This document shows positions 11,307 through 30,480 of a stretch of 64,000 nt of DNA, piece after piece (the first letter of the stretch is position 1; every line of letters starts with the position of its first letter). A model generated the notes under the pieces. The model was not told the DNA's origin. It worked only from the letters and a program-made list of their open reading frames with translations, and searched no databases. The position numbers and the translations under genes are program-made. This DNA is from the human T2T-CHM13v2.0 reference genome, Homo sapiens. The stretch lies in NCBI RefSeq assembly GCF_009914755.1, contig NC_060930.1; one strand, 5' to 3'.

Positions 11307-13629
11307 ACATCCTAGAGGGCAGTGTCTTCCAGCCAGCACCATTCAATTATTCTTCTGGACTGCTACATCTAGGTAATGGGGTATATATCATTATCCCATT
11401 GCTACATCTTCTTTGTTACTAAATGGGTTTTGTAGTTTTGAGCAATATTAAACATAGAATCCCATGAGTGTTTGAATGGCAGTGGTTTTGGAGGCAATGT
11501 GGGTGAGACTAGCAAATCCATATCCAAAGTGTATACTAATTCCAGAAAGAATAAATCACTTCCCCTCCAAGGTGGAAGGTTTTGATACAGTCAACCTGAC
11601 ACCAGTTGGCTGGCTGATCTCCTCAAGTAATGGGGCCATATGGTGAATTCAGTGTCATCCTCTACTGCTGGCAGGATGGCAGCAATACTATTAAGAAGAT
11701 AATCCTTGTTGACTCTTGACTGTAGTCCTGGTTGTTGAGCCCATGCATATTTCTTTTCCCTTCATTAGAGAAGGACTACAGTTGATAGCCATTCTCATGA
11801 GAGATGCCTCAGGAACAAATTAGAGGAAATACAATGATAATCTTTTAGTACTTTTATGCACGGTAATGACTATCAGTAGACACTAAAACAATCATAATTC
11901 AGCAAGGACAGGGTAAATAACAGTATAGACCCTTCTGGAATAGTTGTCTCTGTCACCCAAAAACAAAAAAACAAACTATACTAAATTCAGAGCATAAGGG
12001 GAATCAGGAGCGGCTTGTGACAGAGGGAGATGAATATTAGTTACAGCCATAATGACAACATAGTGGACACTGTAGCAAATTTCACTAACCATCTTGCCTT
12101 AATCTTCTAGATCACAATTGGCCACTCTTTCTGACCTCCCTATTTGAAGAAAAAATAAAGTATGTTAATTTTCACAGGAAAAAAAAAAGAGAGGCACCAT
12201 ATTGGAGTATGGCAACTTGGATCCCAGAATCACCAACTGGAGAAGAGCTACTCACAAATCATCGGTCTCTTCCTACTGTTACATTAGTGAGTTATAAACT
12301 TCTACGGTATTTCAGCCGTCATACACTTTCAAGCCTAGTTATTGTAGCAGTCTCACCTATTCTAATTAATATAAAAAGGAGAAATAATAATTGTAGAAAA
12401 AATTAAACGGAGAATATAAAAATTTTAATGGTTTCTCCTGAGCTAGACTTACTTGAAACGGTCCTCATTTTTTGTTTTAGTATTACCAGAGATGTAAGAC
12501 AGAATCTCACGAAAATATTTAAGGTGGTGGATGAGGCCAAATTAGGCAACTAGGTTGTGTGTCTGGAATTCAAACCGTATTAAGTCCTCCCTGCCCGCCT
12601 TTCTCCTATCCTTTAGAGCAGAGCCTGATTCTCACATATTGTCCCATAAGTCTATATCAATCAAATCAATTCTTATTATCCTGAAAGTGCCTATGGAAAC
12701 ACTACCTTTTTTAAAGTTAAATATGAGCACTCTGCTCCATGCTGTTTTACTGATATTTAGAACTGTACAAACTTATATTCTTTACATTTGTGGGAAATTA
12801 TTATATTGTAGATGAGCCTAAAATATTCTGTGAATCAAAACTTACTGTAACAAGTTGTAAAGAACAGCTTTAGTTGAAAGTGAATACATGAAACTAGCAG
12901 CCCAAACACTCAAAGCAAGAAGAATAATAACTAAGTGACCACAAAGGAAAATTTTTTTAATCACATGCCTGGCTCTTGAAGGTGGAGAAGGTTGTCTTGC
13001 TCAAAGGAAGTGGTTACTAGACCAGAGTGTAACCAAATACGGGATGCTGCTTTAAAAAAAAAAAGATTCACAAAAGTTGTGATTAAGTTAAACCACTAAG
13101 TACTTTCCTCTCCAGCCAATGAGAAGAAGTGAAGCAACATCATTTGTCTCTGGCAGACTAAGCCAGTAAGTCTGTTACAGAAAAAAAAATTACTTAAAAG
13201 AGCAATAAACATAGAAAATATCAAAGCAGTCTACTAGTCATGTGTGCAATACACAGAAAAGAATAGAAATTTACTTAAGGAGAGAAAAGTTTGATAAATA
13301 AAAGTATCACATTCTTGAACAAGACAATTTGTGTCAGTTTTCCAAAGTGCATAGACTTTGTGATGCTTTAATCTAAATATCAATAAGATAGTTTTGTTAA
13401 CAAAATGTTTCTAATTTTTTTCAAGAGTAATAAATATATAAAATAGCTATTGATAAAAATCAGGGGGAGTTGCTCTAGTAGATGCTTACAAATAATTATA
13501 AAGCTAAACAATTAAAACATGTTTATACTGCCACCAAAAAAAAAAAAAAAGACAACTGTGGAACAACATTGACTGCACAGAAGCAGATCCAAATTTATGT
13601 TATGATTAATGAGATCAAAATTGTATTTA

Positions 13630-13970
13630 TAGTAGTCCCCCCTTATTCACGGGGGATACATTGCAAGATCCCACAGTAGATTCCTGAAGCCACAGATTGT
13701 ACCAAACCCTATATGAACTGTGTGTTTTCATACACATACATACCTATGATAAAGTGTAACTTATAAATTATTCACAGTCATAGATAAACAAAAACTAATA
13801 ATAAAATAGAACAATTATAACAATATACGGTAATAAAAGTTAAGTAAATGGGGTCCCTCTCTCTTTCTCAAAATGTCTTACTGTACTATACTCCCCTATT
13901 TTCAAACTGTGATAAACCACAGATAACTGAAACTATGGAAAGTGAAACCATGGATAAGGTGGGGCTACTA
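13630..13970 (+). mobile_element. MER44A (Tigger7-derived MITE)
   Basis: Terminal inverted repeats agtagtccccccttattcac ... catggataaggtggggctact. Confidence 0.85.
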
Positions 13971-14944
13971 TATTATATTTCTAGAAGTTGGTGAACCTTT
14001 GAGAAAATTTTGGGATGGGACATAAACATATTTCAAAGAAGCTTCCAGTGTTATAGTTTATATTCTTCATTTCTTTGAGGCACAGAAGAACCCATTCCAC
14101 TCTTTTGGAGTTAATCCAGGTTTGTGGGGTAAAGGACTGTAGCTAATGAGGATTGGAAGTCGGTGAGATATAAGGGGCTAGGAGGCAAGTTTTTGAAACA
14201 TACTTGAACAGCATGGCACCTATATGGAATGGAAGAGAAAGCAGCATAGTGGTGAGGAAACTCTGGTGACTGAAGACATTCTCAGGTGAAATTTTTAGGA
14301 GAAAAAGCTATTTTAAGAGAATTTTAAATCATTTTCCTTGGTATTAGAAACACAATTCTAATTCAATGTTTTTCAAGAGATTGCAATAATGGTTTGGAGT
14401 GTTTTAAATGGTGCAGTGGGAAGTTTATTCTTGCTTGTTAAAGAATGCCACATTAGAACTGCTTTCAAGAACAGAACAAGTTATCCTGAATTTATGTTGG
14501 ATAAATTTTTTAAAATGTAGTACATAATAAAAGCAGACTTTTAATTCAGTGGAATGAGGGAAAATTACTAAAAATGATGTTGGGTCTATTGGTTATTTAG
14601 TAGGAAAATAAAAAGAGCCCATACATACACACATACAGAGATGATATTGAGCTAGATTAAAAGTTTAAATGTAAATCAAGAAGGAACTCAAAATATAGAA
14701 AAAGATACATGTTAATATTTATTTTATTAAAAAGTGTTGGAATGATTTAAAGTAACAAAAAAGAAAGAAACCATACAAAAAATATTGTTAGACTATATTT
14801 TTAAATAATCATAAATACAACCACAACTTAAATGAAAAATCAAGAGTTAATATGTGAAATGTATATCAATTTTTAAGCATTGCGCTATATTAAAAGAAAG
14901 TGCTTATAGTGCAGCGTGTAAACCTTAAATGAGCAAAATATATT

Positions 14945-15550
14945 GTGTTAGTTTCCTAGCCACTGTCACAGAAAACTGGTACAAATGCAGAAGCTTAGAA
15001 CAAAACCCATTTATTATATCAGTTTTCTAAGTCAGAAGTCTAGGCAGAGCTCAACTGGGCTTTCTGCTTAGGATGTCACAAGACTCAAGTCACAGAGCCA
15101 TTGTAATTCTCACCTGAGTTTGGGTTCCTCTTCCAAGCTCATTGCCTGTTGGCAGAATTCATTTCCACATATGACTGAATTCCATGTTTTCAAGTTGGCT
15201 GTCAGCCAGCAGTCACTGTCAGCTCCTACTGGCCACTCTCAGGTCCTTGCCACATGGCCCTCTCCATCTTCAAAGTCAGCAATAGATAATGTTTCTCACA
15301 TCCAATCTCCCTCTTTAGGAAAAGTTCAGTCCCTTTTAAAGGCTCACCTGATTAGGTCATGCTCACCCACAAAAATCTCCTTTTTGTAACGCCAAATGTG
15401 GTCAACACACAATCCAATCACAGTAGTGATTATTCCATCATATTTGCAGGTTCTACCCACAGTCAAAGCAAATGAGTTTTAGAAGGCATGTACAACAGGA
15501 GGTAATAGGTATTCTTAGGGGCCATCCTCAAATTTTATTTGCCATATTCA
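14945..15550 (-). mobile_element. MLT1 MaLR LTR
   Basis: tgtgttagtttcctag...cccatttattatatcagttttctaagtcagaagtc. Confidence 0.65.
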
Positions 15551-16154
15551 CCCCTCTGGCCACCAGTAAGTTTGGTAACTCTCAAATGGAAAATATATTC
15601 ACCCCTTCCCAAGGTCTCCCCAAAGTCTCATCCAATTACAGCCTCAGGTCAAGTCTAATATCCTATCTAAATCTTGTTAGTTCAAAGACCAAATTCTCAG
15701 TGCCTCCGTAGCAATTACAGGACCTGGAGGTGTGAGACTCAGGAACTTGACAGAATGTCCAGTTATAACTACGGACAGAGTCATGAAATGGGTTTATTAA
15801 TATCTTATGCAGGGGACCAAGTATGTAAATGTCATTGAATCCCTGGGGATAGAGACAGGGAAGAACAGGAATCTGATGAAATTTACAGTCATTTAACTAT
15901 AAAGGCTGGGTGCTGTTTTTTTTAACCCACAACTAACTTTGCTGGCAGGTTATTGAGAAGACACACCTAAGAGAATAATTAATTATACCTACAGGACCCC
16001 TTCTTCACCAAGACAGAAATAAAAATGAAGTCATTATTATTAGTGTTATCTGCACTCATCTTATTTATTTCATATACTTATATAGTATACACCAGAATAT
16101 TTTATAAAATTAATTTTGTCTCCAATGAATTTATATTCTAGATGTTGATTTCAC

Positions 16155-19730
<3,576 letters not shown>

Positions 19731-19884
19731 GTTCGAGTTCCTGGAGCTGGGAGTTTGAGCCCCAGGACCCATCAGTCCTGCTGGACCATTTGTGAGACTG
19801 GTTCTCAACTTGGTGACCTCCATCTCCAGGCACAGTCCAATCTCCAGTGGTCCCCAACACAGGTTGGATAGGGGACCACATATA

Positions 19885-20075
19885 AACAGTGGGCCTGAAA
19901 CCTGTTTTTATGAATAAAACTTTATTAGAACACAGCCATATTATTTTAATTATACATTGTCTATGGCAGCTTTAGCTCTATAATAACAGAACTGAATAGT
20001 TGTGAAATAAACTGTATAACCTGAAACCCTAAAATATTTTCTATTGGTCTTAAAGAAAAATTTGCTGACCTCTGA
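19885..20075. mobile_element. MER58 (hAT-Charlie MITE) fragment
   Basis: aataaaactttattagaacacagcca...aaagaaaaatttgctgacctctg. Confidence 0.75.
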
Positions 20076-20099
20076 TCCAGGAAATCAACAAAACAATAA

Positions 20100-20464
20100 G
20101 ATGATTCATAACATTTGGTGATTTCCGTAGTGTAATCCTCCCACTGTAGCCAACTGCAAGTTACCAATCTGCTCTCACTGAATGCAGAGTTGGGAAGAGA
20201 TACGCAGTAGATCACCCTTAAATAACATTTCCAATACACATTTACAGTAGATGCAAATGACCTCAAGAGCTAGAACAATTGTAACATGTGGCAAAATAAT
20301 TAAGAAGTAATGAGTTTTTAGTATGTATCTCTTTTATTTTTAATATTAATTGTAAGCTTATACAATTTAATTTTTAATAATGGCTATGCTTAACAACTGA
20401 TTTGAAAATTCACAGAACAATTGACTCTCGCAAGCTTGTAGGAGCTGGCTCCAGCACATCACTG
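20100..20464. mobile_element. MER63 (hAT-Blackjack) fragment
   Basis: Ends ggagctggctccagcacatcactg; internal cagtagatgcaaatgacctcaagagc. Confidence 0.6.
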
Positions 20465-20776
20465 CATGTCTGCTTAGAATAATTCTAGTTTCTTTAATGT
20501 GTTGTATCCTCTTAACAGAATCTTCGTGAAATATTATGTTTCAGCTTCCACTCACAGCTGTAGCTGGGATTTCCCTCTTTGTTTTTTACATCTACAGATC
20601 TCCCTTCTTGAATCTTTAGCTTTTATGTGTAATTTATTGTGATAATTTTCTAGCATTTTATGTCTTTAATGTAGATAGAGGTATTCTCCAAAAGATCTCA
20701 TGCTGTAATATTGATGGGTCGCCTGATTTCTTGCATTTCTACCACTCATTTCCCACTCTGAAAATTAAATTCCTGT

Positions 20777-21099
20777 TGTTGCAGAAAATACCTGGTTCTC
20801 GTCACACAACCAGGAAAATTTAGGCACACAGACACATTGAAAAGTGAGTAGAACAGGGTTTATTGGGTGAAAAGGAAAAAAAGAAAGAGGAACTCTCAGC
20901 AAAGCCAGAGGGAGTCCTCCTAGCAGGCCTCCACCTTACAGATTGAAAACCAGGCGACCACACAGGAAGTGGAGAGGGCAGGCTCCTCCCTTCTGCACAA
21001 AGTGGGAACTTCCCATGGCTCCACCCCATGCTCCCAGTGATCACGTGGGTTGGAGATTCTCCAGGGACCCACTCGCTTATCTGCCTCCTGCATCTATCA
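20777..21099 (-). mobile_element. Solo ERV1 LTR (MER61-like)
   Basis: TG...CA bounded; antisense AATAAA (gggtttattggg); ends ctgcctcctgcatctatca. Confidence 0.75.
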
Positions 21100-21282
21100 G
21101 TGTTTTATCCCTCACCCTGGAGCTTCATTTATTGAACACTACAGATAGAAGTTACTGGTGTTTTCTGACATGGCCTCATGATTGGTAGCGGGTATTAGGA
21201 TTTCATGCTTCTATCAAGTTTTGCCCTAACAGCAAGTGGGACATTTTGGGAGGAGGCAAGTAGTTGGAAGTTGGGTTTAAAT

Positions 21283-21740
21283 TTGTATCAGTCAGGTTCC
21301 TGGCAGGAAAAGGATGGCAAACTCAAATTTGCTAATTTGAGGAGAGTTTTAATAAAAATTCTATTTACAAAGCTATGAGCATCAGAGTGTAGGCAAACAA
21401 TAGGGACAGAGACGTAACCTGGGCTAGGGACAGCAGGTAACAGGAGTCCTGTTACACCCTCAAGCCTGAAGAGATGAGGGAAGAGAGTGATGAGAGGGCC
21501 TTGGAGTCAGAGAGTGCTGTGTCGAGAGAGTCACCTGACAGCATATGTGACCCTCTGGTTGAATAAAACTGCCAGCCTTCCATGACCTGCCCAGAGACTG
21601 AGTGTGGAGAAAATTAGCCCACTTCCTTCCTTTCCTCTGATCCCCTGATTCTGTTCTTCATTGCTCATATCAAACCAGAAGCCAGGAGGTAATCCACACA
21701 GGTCAGCTGCTGTTGGGAGCACAGAGCAAGGAAGAGAAGA
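21283..21740 (-). mobile_element. Old ERVL-type LTR
   Basis: tgtatcagtcaggttcctggcaggaaa...gagagtttaataaaa. Confidence 0.5.
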
Positions 21741-22161
21741 ATGGGAAATAAATATGAAGGACTAAATGGAAGAACTGTGGTTGGGATGGGGGAGCATGGA
21801 AACTAGGAGAAAAGTGGTCACAGATTGGAAGGGAAGAATCAGGTGTTGTAAACTCAAATCCATTAGTTGAATGGTTTTTCCTATTTTTGGAAGTTCATAA
21901 TCAAGAGTGATTTGGGAAGGAAGCTTATCATGCACTGAGTGGACTTCAGGACTATGTATATTAAAATAAAAGTCATGGCTGTTTGTATAAAGTCAAATGT
22001 ACCCCAATATCCCTTCCCCTTCCCCTTCTTTCCATCGACTTTTATTTTCCTTCTCCTCCTCCTTCTTCTCTCTCTGTCCTGCATATACATCTAAGGTGCA
22101 AAGATTTTGAATGACCCTAATGCATTTGCATTCCTCACTGTCATCATTGGTCCAAGCTTAG

Positions 22162-22489
<328 letters not shown>

Positions 22490-22678
22490 TAGTTTATTAT
22501 TTTTAATTTGTTTTTTGTTTGTTTTCAATAATGTAATAGGCACTGGTGAATCTACCACCTGGCACATAGATGAGAACATAGACAATAACTTTATAATATA
22601 TTCAAGTCTATTAAGTCAAGCTTACTAATTGTGTTGTTTAGATCTTTTATATCCTACTTTTGCCTTCTTGACTTATAA

Positions 22679-23124
<446 letters not shown>

Positions 23125-24827
23125 TCTATGTTTTCCTTGACTAGGTGAATGTTTATCATTATATGAGTCTTTCTGTCCTACGATATCTTTTTCCTTAAAA
23201 TTTGTTTTTGACATTAATAAATAAACACCATTTCTTAGAATTAGTTTTTGCATAATATGTCCTTTCTATGTTTTACACTTAATCTCTGAAATGACTTTTA
23301 TGCTTTAGGTATGTGTCTTGTAAACAGTATAACCTGAATTTATGTTTTTGCATTCAATTTGTCAGTCTCTGTCTTCTGGTCACAAGTTTAGTCTATTTGC
23401 ATTTACTAAAATTAATGAGATGTATGGACCTTTATATTATAATATTTTTCACTTTAATCTTTCCCATGATTTTACTGACATTTTTATCCTGTTGTCCCAT
23501 GTCTAGAACCCATTCTAACATGTGTATCAGGCCTGGGTATGCTGCCTGGAAGGTGGATGTATTTTGCCTCCTACTTTGGGATGTGTTTTCAGTCTCTGTT
23601 AAGGTTTTGGTTGCTCATTTCTGGCATCCTCCTTCACACAGGAAATACCCAGACTCAGCCATTTGCAGATTTTGAAACATTGTTCTGGTTCTCTGCATAT
23701 GGCCTGTCTCTGGACTCAACTCAACATCCCATGTCCTCGCTCAGACTATATAACTCTAGACCCAGCCTGTTAATATGGACTGCCTGTCTGCTTGTATTTT
23801 CTCAGAGAAACCTCTAAAAGAAATTATCAATTTCTTCGAAACATTAACTTGATAGGTTCTTTTTAAATCAAGTAATCTATTGAAAATTATATGGGTGCTC
23901 TAAACTATATCCCCTGGATAATCTAACCTGTAAATAGTTTGAACAGTTATCTTTTACAGCCAGAATAATGATACTAGTTAATACCAGAGGACTAATCTAT
24001 AGGTAGATCATTTCCAAATTTACTGAGAGCTTAAAAGGAAATATATTTTGTAGGGAAACAAAGCATATTTTTCCAAGATCCAGTCAGTAGTGAAGGCATC
24101 TTAATAGTATCCAGGATCCTCACATGTGAAGAAAAGTGAACTAGGTAACAAATGAGAAGACTTACATACGCTTAGTTCTTGCAGGAGGAAAGGAACTATC
24201 TGGGTATGGAAAAGGTTACTAGGCAAGATTGTGATTGAAGAGAAAGGATAATGATAAAGGGGCTTTGCAGAAGCTCTGGTTAGAAGAAATAACTAATAGT
24301 AATGAATATGTATCTCTCCAACCAATGAGAAGCATATGATGAGGCAGAGTCACTTGTCTCCGGCAGTCCAAGCTACTAAGAAGCACAAATAAAATATATA
24401 GTAGCAGGGGGAGATGGGAAGGGTGAGAGAATGTAGGATAAATTACCATTCAAACTGCCAGTAGAAATATAAAATTTTAAGGAATAAATTCCACAAAAAA
24501 ATACAGTGTTTTAATTACAAAAATTTACCATGCAGCATAAAGACATAAATGATTTAAGAAACATGACATGTTCAGAGACGGGAGTGTAATTTTGGGCTTG
24601 TATTTTCAAACAAAATTCATGTGACAATGAGAATTCAAACAGTTTAGATTATTAAAATTAAATTTAATGAAGTTGGTAGCTATATTCTGGTTATGTACAA
24701 GAATGTATCCTTTTCTTAGGAAATACTGAAGTACTTAAGGATAAAGAGTTCTGATGAGTGCAATTTCAGAAAAAAAAATATATAAGTACAAAATACTATT
24801 CTTATTGCAAGTTTTCTTTAAGCTTAC

Positions 24828-25124
24828 TTTTTTTTTTTTTTTTTGAGCAGAATAGTTGCCCAGGTGCAGTGGCTGACTTATTTATTTTTTTTTAATTTTT
24901 TTAATATATATGTTTTATTATACTTTAAGTTCTAGGGTACATGTGCACAACGTGCAGGTTTGTTACATATGTATACATGTGCCATGTTGGTGTGCTGCAC
25001 CCATTAACTCGTCATTTACATTAAGTATATCTCCTAATGCTATCCCTCCCTCCTTCCCCCTCCCCACAACAGGCCCGCATGTGTGTGATGTTCCCCTTCC
25101 TGTGTCCAAGTGTTCTCATTGTTC
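24828..25124 (-). mobile_element. 5'-truncated L1PA 3' UTR with a probable 3' transduction
   Basis: ttattatactttaagttctagggtacatgtgcacaacgtgcagg; extra segment 24845-24877 lies between two poly-T tracts. Confidence 0.85.
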
Positions 25125-25392
25125 TTTTTACAAACTAAAATGAAAAAATCTACATGAGGCTATAAAAATATTACCTCTATAAAATAAAAACAAAATGGAA
25201 TGTAAAAAGAGACTGGACACACCATAATGTGAAGATTCTCCTTTTTTGTGTACTCATATATCCAAAAAGGAAACTTTCCATTTTGTAGTTGGGAAGTAGA
25301 ACCAAGATGTAGGAGTAGGAGGGGAGTTGAGAACCAACAATTCAGTAAAAATGCTTTCAGTCAATTCCCATCTGTACTCAAAAAAAAAAAAA

Positions 25393-25701
<309 letters not shown>

Positions 25702-26264
25702 TAGGTAACAAACTATGACACAATTATATACAGTCCTTCAAAACAATGTTTTAGAAAGATATTTAATGACAAAATAGAGTTGTTTACCATATGTTAAATT
25801 TAAAAGGAGTTACAAATTAGCACATTCACTGTGATCTAAAACCTCTAAATCTGTTTATGTTTTTATTTATATCTACATTTATACCTTTGAAGCCCTCCCA
25901 ATATCAACTGTCACCCAAGTGACAATAAAAGTGATCTTGTTTTCTTCTGTTCTTGGTTATAATTCTAAGACGGTCTGACAAGTCTATTGTGATTGACTTT
26001 AAAAATACAGGTGTTAAATGAAATCTGTATGTGGAACTATTGGTCTCAATGATATATGCAACTCTGGAAGTTGGGTACTCAGCTTTATCTAATCTCTCCC
26101 TTTGCTCACCTCCACCAGGCTTGCAATGCCCTCTACAGTCCAGGCAACAGGTACACGGTTTTCAATCCCATTTGAACTGCTTCCGGGTCTCCCTATGTTG
26201 CCTAGGCTGGTTTCATACTCCTGAGCTCAAGCAATCCTCCCACCTTGGCCTCTCAAATTGCTCA

Positions 26265-29200
26265 AGCATCTTCTCTGAACCCAGTGGAATAAAACTGGAA
26301 ATCAATAAGAAGAGAAATTTGGGAAACTATAAAAATACATGGAAATTAAACAATATGCTCCTGAATGACTAGTGGGTCAATGAAGAAATTAAGAAGGAAA
26401 TTGAAACATTTATTGAAACAAATGACAATGAAAACAACATATCAAAACCCATGGGATACAGCAAAAGGAGTAATAAGAAGGAAGTTTATAGCTATTAAGT
26501 GCCTACGTCAGAAAAGGAGAAACTTTAAATTAGCAATCTAATGATGCATCTTAAAAACTAGAAAAGCAAGACGGGAACCAAAGCAAAAATTAGTTGAAGA
26601 AAAGAAAAAGTAAAGATCAGAGTGGAAATAAATGAAACTGAAAAAAATACAAAAGATCTATGAAACAAAAATTTGCTTTTTTGAAAAGTTAAACAAAATT
26701 GACAAAACTTTAGCCAGATGAACTAAGAAAAAAGGAGAGAAGATACAGATAAATAAAATCATAAATGGAAAAGGAGACATTACAACTGATACTGCAGAAA
26801 TTCAAAGGATCATTAGTGGCTGCTATGAGAAACTATATGCTATAAATTGAAAAATCTAGAAGAAATGGACAAATTCCTAGACACATGCAACCTACCAAGA
26901 TTAAAATAGGAAATAAGTCAAAACCTAAAAAGATCAATAACAAGTAACAAGATCAAAGTCACAATAAACAGTCTACCAGTAAATAAATTCCAGGACCTGA
27001 TGACTTCACTGCTGAATTCTACCAAACATTCAAAGAAGAACTAATACCAATCCTACTCAAATTATTCCAAAAAATAGAGGAGGAGGGAATACTTCTACAA
27101 GTATTTTATGAGGGAATACTTCTAAACTCATTCTATGAGACCAGTATTACCCTGATACCAAAACCAGACAAAGACACATTAAAAAAAAAAACACTGTAGG
27201 CCAATATCTCTGATGAATATTAATGCAAAAATCCTCAACAAAATATTAGTAAACTGAATTAAACAATACATCAGAAGGTTCATTCATCACAATCAAGTGG
27301 GATTTATTGCTGGGATGCAAGGATGGTTCAACATACACAAATTAATGTGAGACATCACATCAACACAATGAAGATAAAAATAAAATGATCATTTTAATTG
27401 ATGCTGAAAAAAGCATTTGATAAAATTTAACATCGCTTCATGTGAAAAATTCTCAAAAACTGGGGATATAAAGAACATACTTCAACATAATAAAAGCCAT
27501 ATATGACAGACCCACAGCTAGTATCATACTGAATGGGGAAAAACTGAAAGTCTTTTTTCTAAGATCTGGAACATGACAAGGATGCCACTGTCACCACTGT
27601 TATTCAACATAGTACTGGAAGTCCTAGCTAGAGCAATTAGACAAGAGAAAGATATAAATGGCATCCAAATTTAAAAGGAAGAAGTCAAATTATCCTTGTT
27701 TGCAGAGGATATGATCTTATATTTATAAAAACTTAAAGACTCCACAAGAATACTATTAGAACTGATAAATTCAATAAAGTTCCAGGATATAAAATCAGTA
27801 GAATTTCTATATGCCAATAGTGAACAATGTGAAAAAGAAATTTAAAAAGTAATTCTATTTAAAATAGCCACACAAAAATGAAATACCTAGGAATTAACTT
27901 GACCAAGGAAGTGAAAAATCTCTATAATAAAAGAAACTGAGGAGGACAAAAAAAGGAAACATGTTCCATGTTCTTGGCTTGGAAGAATCAATAGTGTTAA
28001 AATGTCCATACTACCCAAAGCAATCTACAGATTCAACGCAATCACTGTCAAACAACCAATGACATTTCTCACGGAAATGGAAAAAAAAATCTTAAAATTT
28101 GTATGGAACCACAAGACTCAGAATAGCTAAAGCCATCCTAAGCAGAAAGAATAAAACTAGAAGAATCACATTACTGACTTCAAATTATGCTACAGAGCTA
28201 TGGTAACCAAAACAGCATGGTACTGGCATAAAAACAGATGTATAGACCAGTGGAACAGACTAGAGAACCCAGAAGCAAATCCACACACCTACAGTGAACT
28301 CATTTTTGACAAAAGTGCCAAAAATGGCCATCAGAGAAATGCAAGTCAAAACCACAATGAGATACCATCTCACACCAGTTAGAATGGCGATCATTAAAAA
28401 GTCAGGAAACAACAGGTGCTGGAGAGGATGTGGAGAAATAGGAACACTTTTACACTGTTGGTGGGACTGTAAACTAGTTCAACCATTGTGGAAGTCAGTC
28501 TGGCGATTCCTCAGGGATCTAGAACTAGAAATACCATTTGACCCAGCCATCCCATTACTGGGCATATACCCAAAGGATTATAAATTGTGCTGCTATAATG
28601 ACACATGCACACATATGTTTATTGTGGCACTATTCACAATAGCAAAGACTTGGAACCAAGCCAAATGTCCAACAACGATAGACTGGATTAAGAAAATGTG
28701 GCATATATACACCATGGAATACTATACAGCCATAAAAAATGATGAGTTCATGTCCTTTGTAGGGACATGGATGAAACTGGAAACCATCATTCTCAGCAAA
28801 CTATCGCAAGGACAAAAAACCAAACACTGCATGTTCTTACTCATAGGTGGGAATTGAACAAAGAAAACACATGGACACAGGAAGGGGAACATCACACTCC
28901 GGGGACTGTTGTGTGGTGGAGGGAGCGGGGAGGGATAGCATTAGTAGATATACCTAATGCTAAATGATGAGTTAATGGGTGCAGCACACCAACATAGCAC
29001 ATGTATACATATGTAACAAACCTGCACATTGTGCACATGTACCCTAAAATTTAAAGTATAATAATAATAAAATAAAATAAAATAAAAAGAAACTACAGAC
29101 AATTTCAAAATGAAAAAAAAAAGTGCCAAAAACATACACTGGGGAAAAGACAGTCTCTGCAATAAGTGGTGCTGGGAAAACTGGATATTCATATGCGGAA

Positions 29201-30480
29201 GAATAAAACTAGATTCCTTTCTCTCATCATATACAAAAATCAAATCAAAGTGGATTAGGGACTTAAATCTAAGACTTCAAACCGTGAAACTACTACAAGA
29301 AAACATTAGGGAAAATCTCCAGGACATTGGTCTTGGCAAAAATTTCCTGAGTGATACCCTACAAACACAACCAACCAAAGCACAAATGGACAAATGGGAT
29401 TACATCAAGTTAAAAAGCTTCTGAACACAAAGGATACAATCAACAAAGTGAAGAGACAACCCACAGAATGGAAGAAAATATCTCCAAACTACCCATCTGA
29501 CAAGGGATGAATAACCAGAATATATAAGGATTCAAACAACTCTATAGGAAAAAACTAATAATCCAATCAAAAGTTGGGCAAAAGATTTGAATAGATGTTT
29601 CTCAAGACATACAAATAAGACATACAAATGACAAACAGGCATATGAAAAAGTGCTCAACATCATTGATCATCAGAAAAATGCAAATCAAAACTACAATGA
29701 GGTATCATCTCACTCCAGTTAAAAATGGCTGATATCCAAAAGACAGGCAATAACAAATGCTGGGAAGGATGTGAAATAAAGAACACTTGGACACTATTGG
29801 TGGGAATGTAAATTAGTACAACTACTATGGAGAACAGTTTGGAGGTTCTTCAAAAAACTAAAAATTGAGCTCTCATATGATCCAGCAATCCCACTGCTGG
29901 GTATATACTGAAGAGAAAAAAAAAGTCAGTATATCAAAGTATCCATCAACAGTTGAATGGATAAAGAAAATGTGGCACATATACATAATGGAGTACTATT
30001 CAGCCATAAAAAAGAATGAGATCCAGTCATTTGCAGCAACCGGCATGGCAGTTCCATAAGTGAAATAAGCTAGGCACAGAAAGACAAACATCACATGTTC
30101 TTAGTTATTTGTAGGATCTAAAAATTAAAATGATTGGATTTATGAACATAGAGAGTAGAAGGATGATTACCAGAGGTTGGAAAGGTAGTGGGGGATCAGG
30201 GAGGGAGGGATATGGGGATGGTTGATGGGAAAAAATTGGAAAGAATGAACAAGATCTACTATTTGATAGCAAAACAGGACGACTATAGTAAATAGTAACT
30301 ATACATTTAAAATAACTTCAAGAGTGTAACTGGATTGTTTGCAACTCAATGGATAAATGCTTGAGGGTATGGATGCCCATTCTTCATGATTTACTGGTTT
30401 CACATTGCATCCTTTTTTTCAAAACATCTCATGTACCTCATAAATATATACACTTACTATGTGCCCACAAATATTAGTAA
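26265..30480 (+). mobile_element. Decayed L1PB/L1MA element (ORF2 to 3' UTR) with a nested L1PA
   Basis: Continuous ORF2 homology with stops and frameshifts (ccaatatctctgatgaatattaatgcaaaaatcctc; ttgtttgcagaggatatgatc RT core); L1M-type 3' UTR at ~30050-30480. Confidence 0.93.
28325..29118 (+). mobile_element. Nested younger L1PA 3' end (ORF2 C-terminus plus 3' UTR)
   Basis: Open ORF2 C-terminus ([21 protein letters not shown]...LIGGN); TSD aaaagtgccaaaaa at 28311-28324 and 29119-29132. Confidence 0.95.

Noticed and set aside
11307-11326. CTCF-like cctagagggcagtg
   Set aside because: Lacks the upstream CCAC/CCAG core and sits at a MaLR edge; cannot be supported.
28294-28857. 187-aa ORF
   Set aside because: L1 ORF2 C-terminus of a 5'-truncated element, not a gene.
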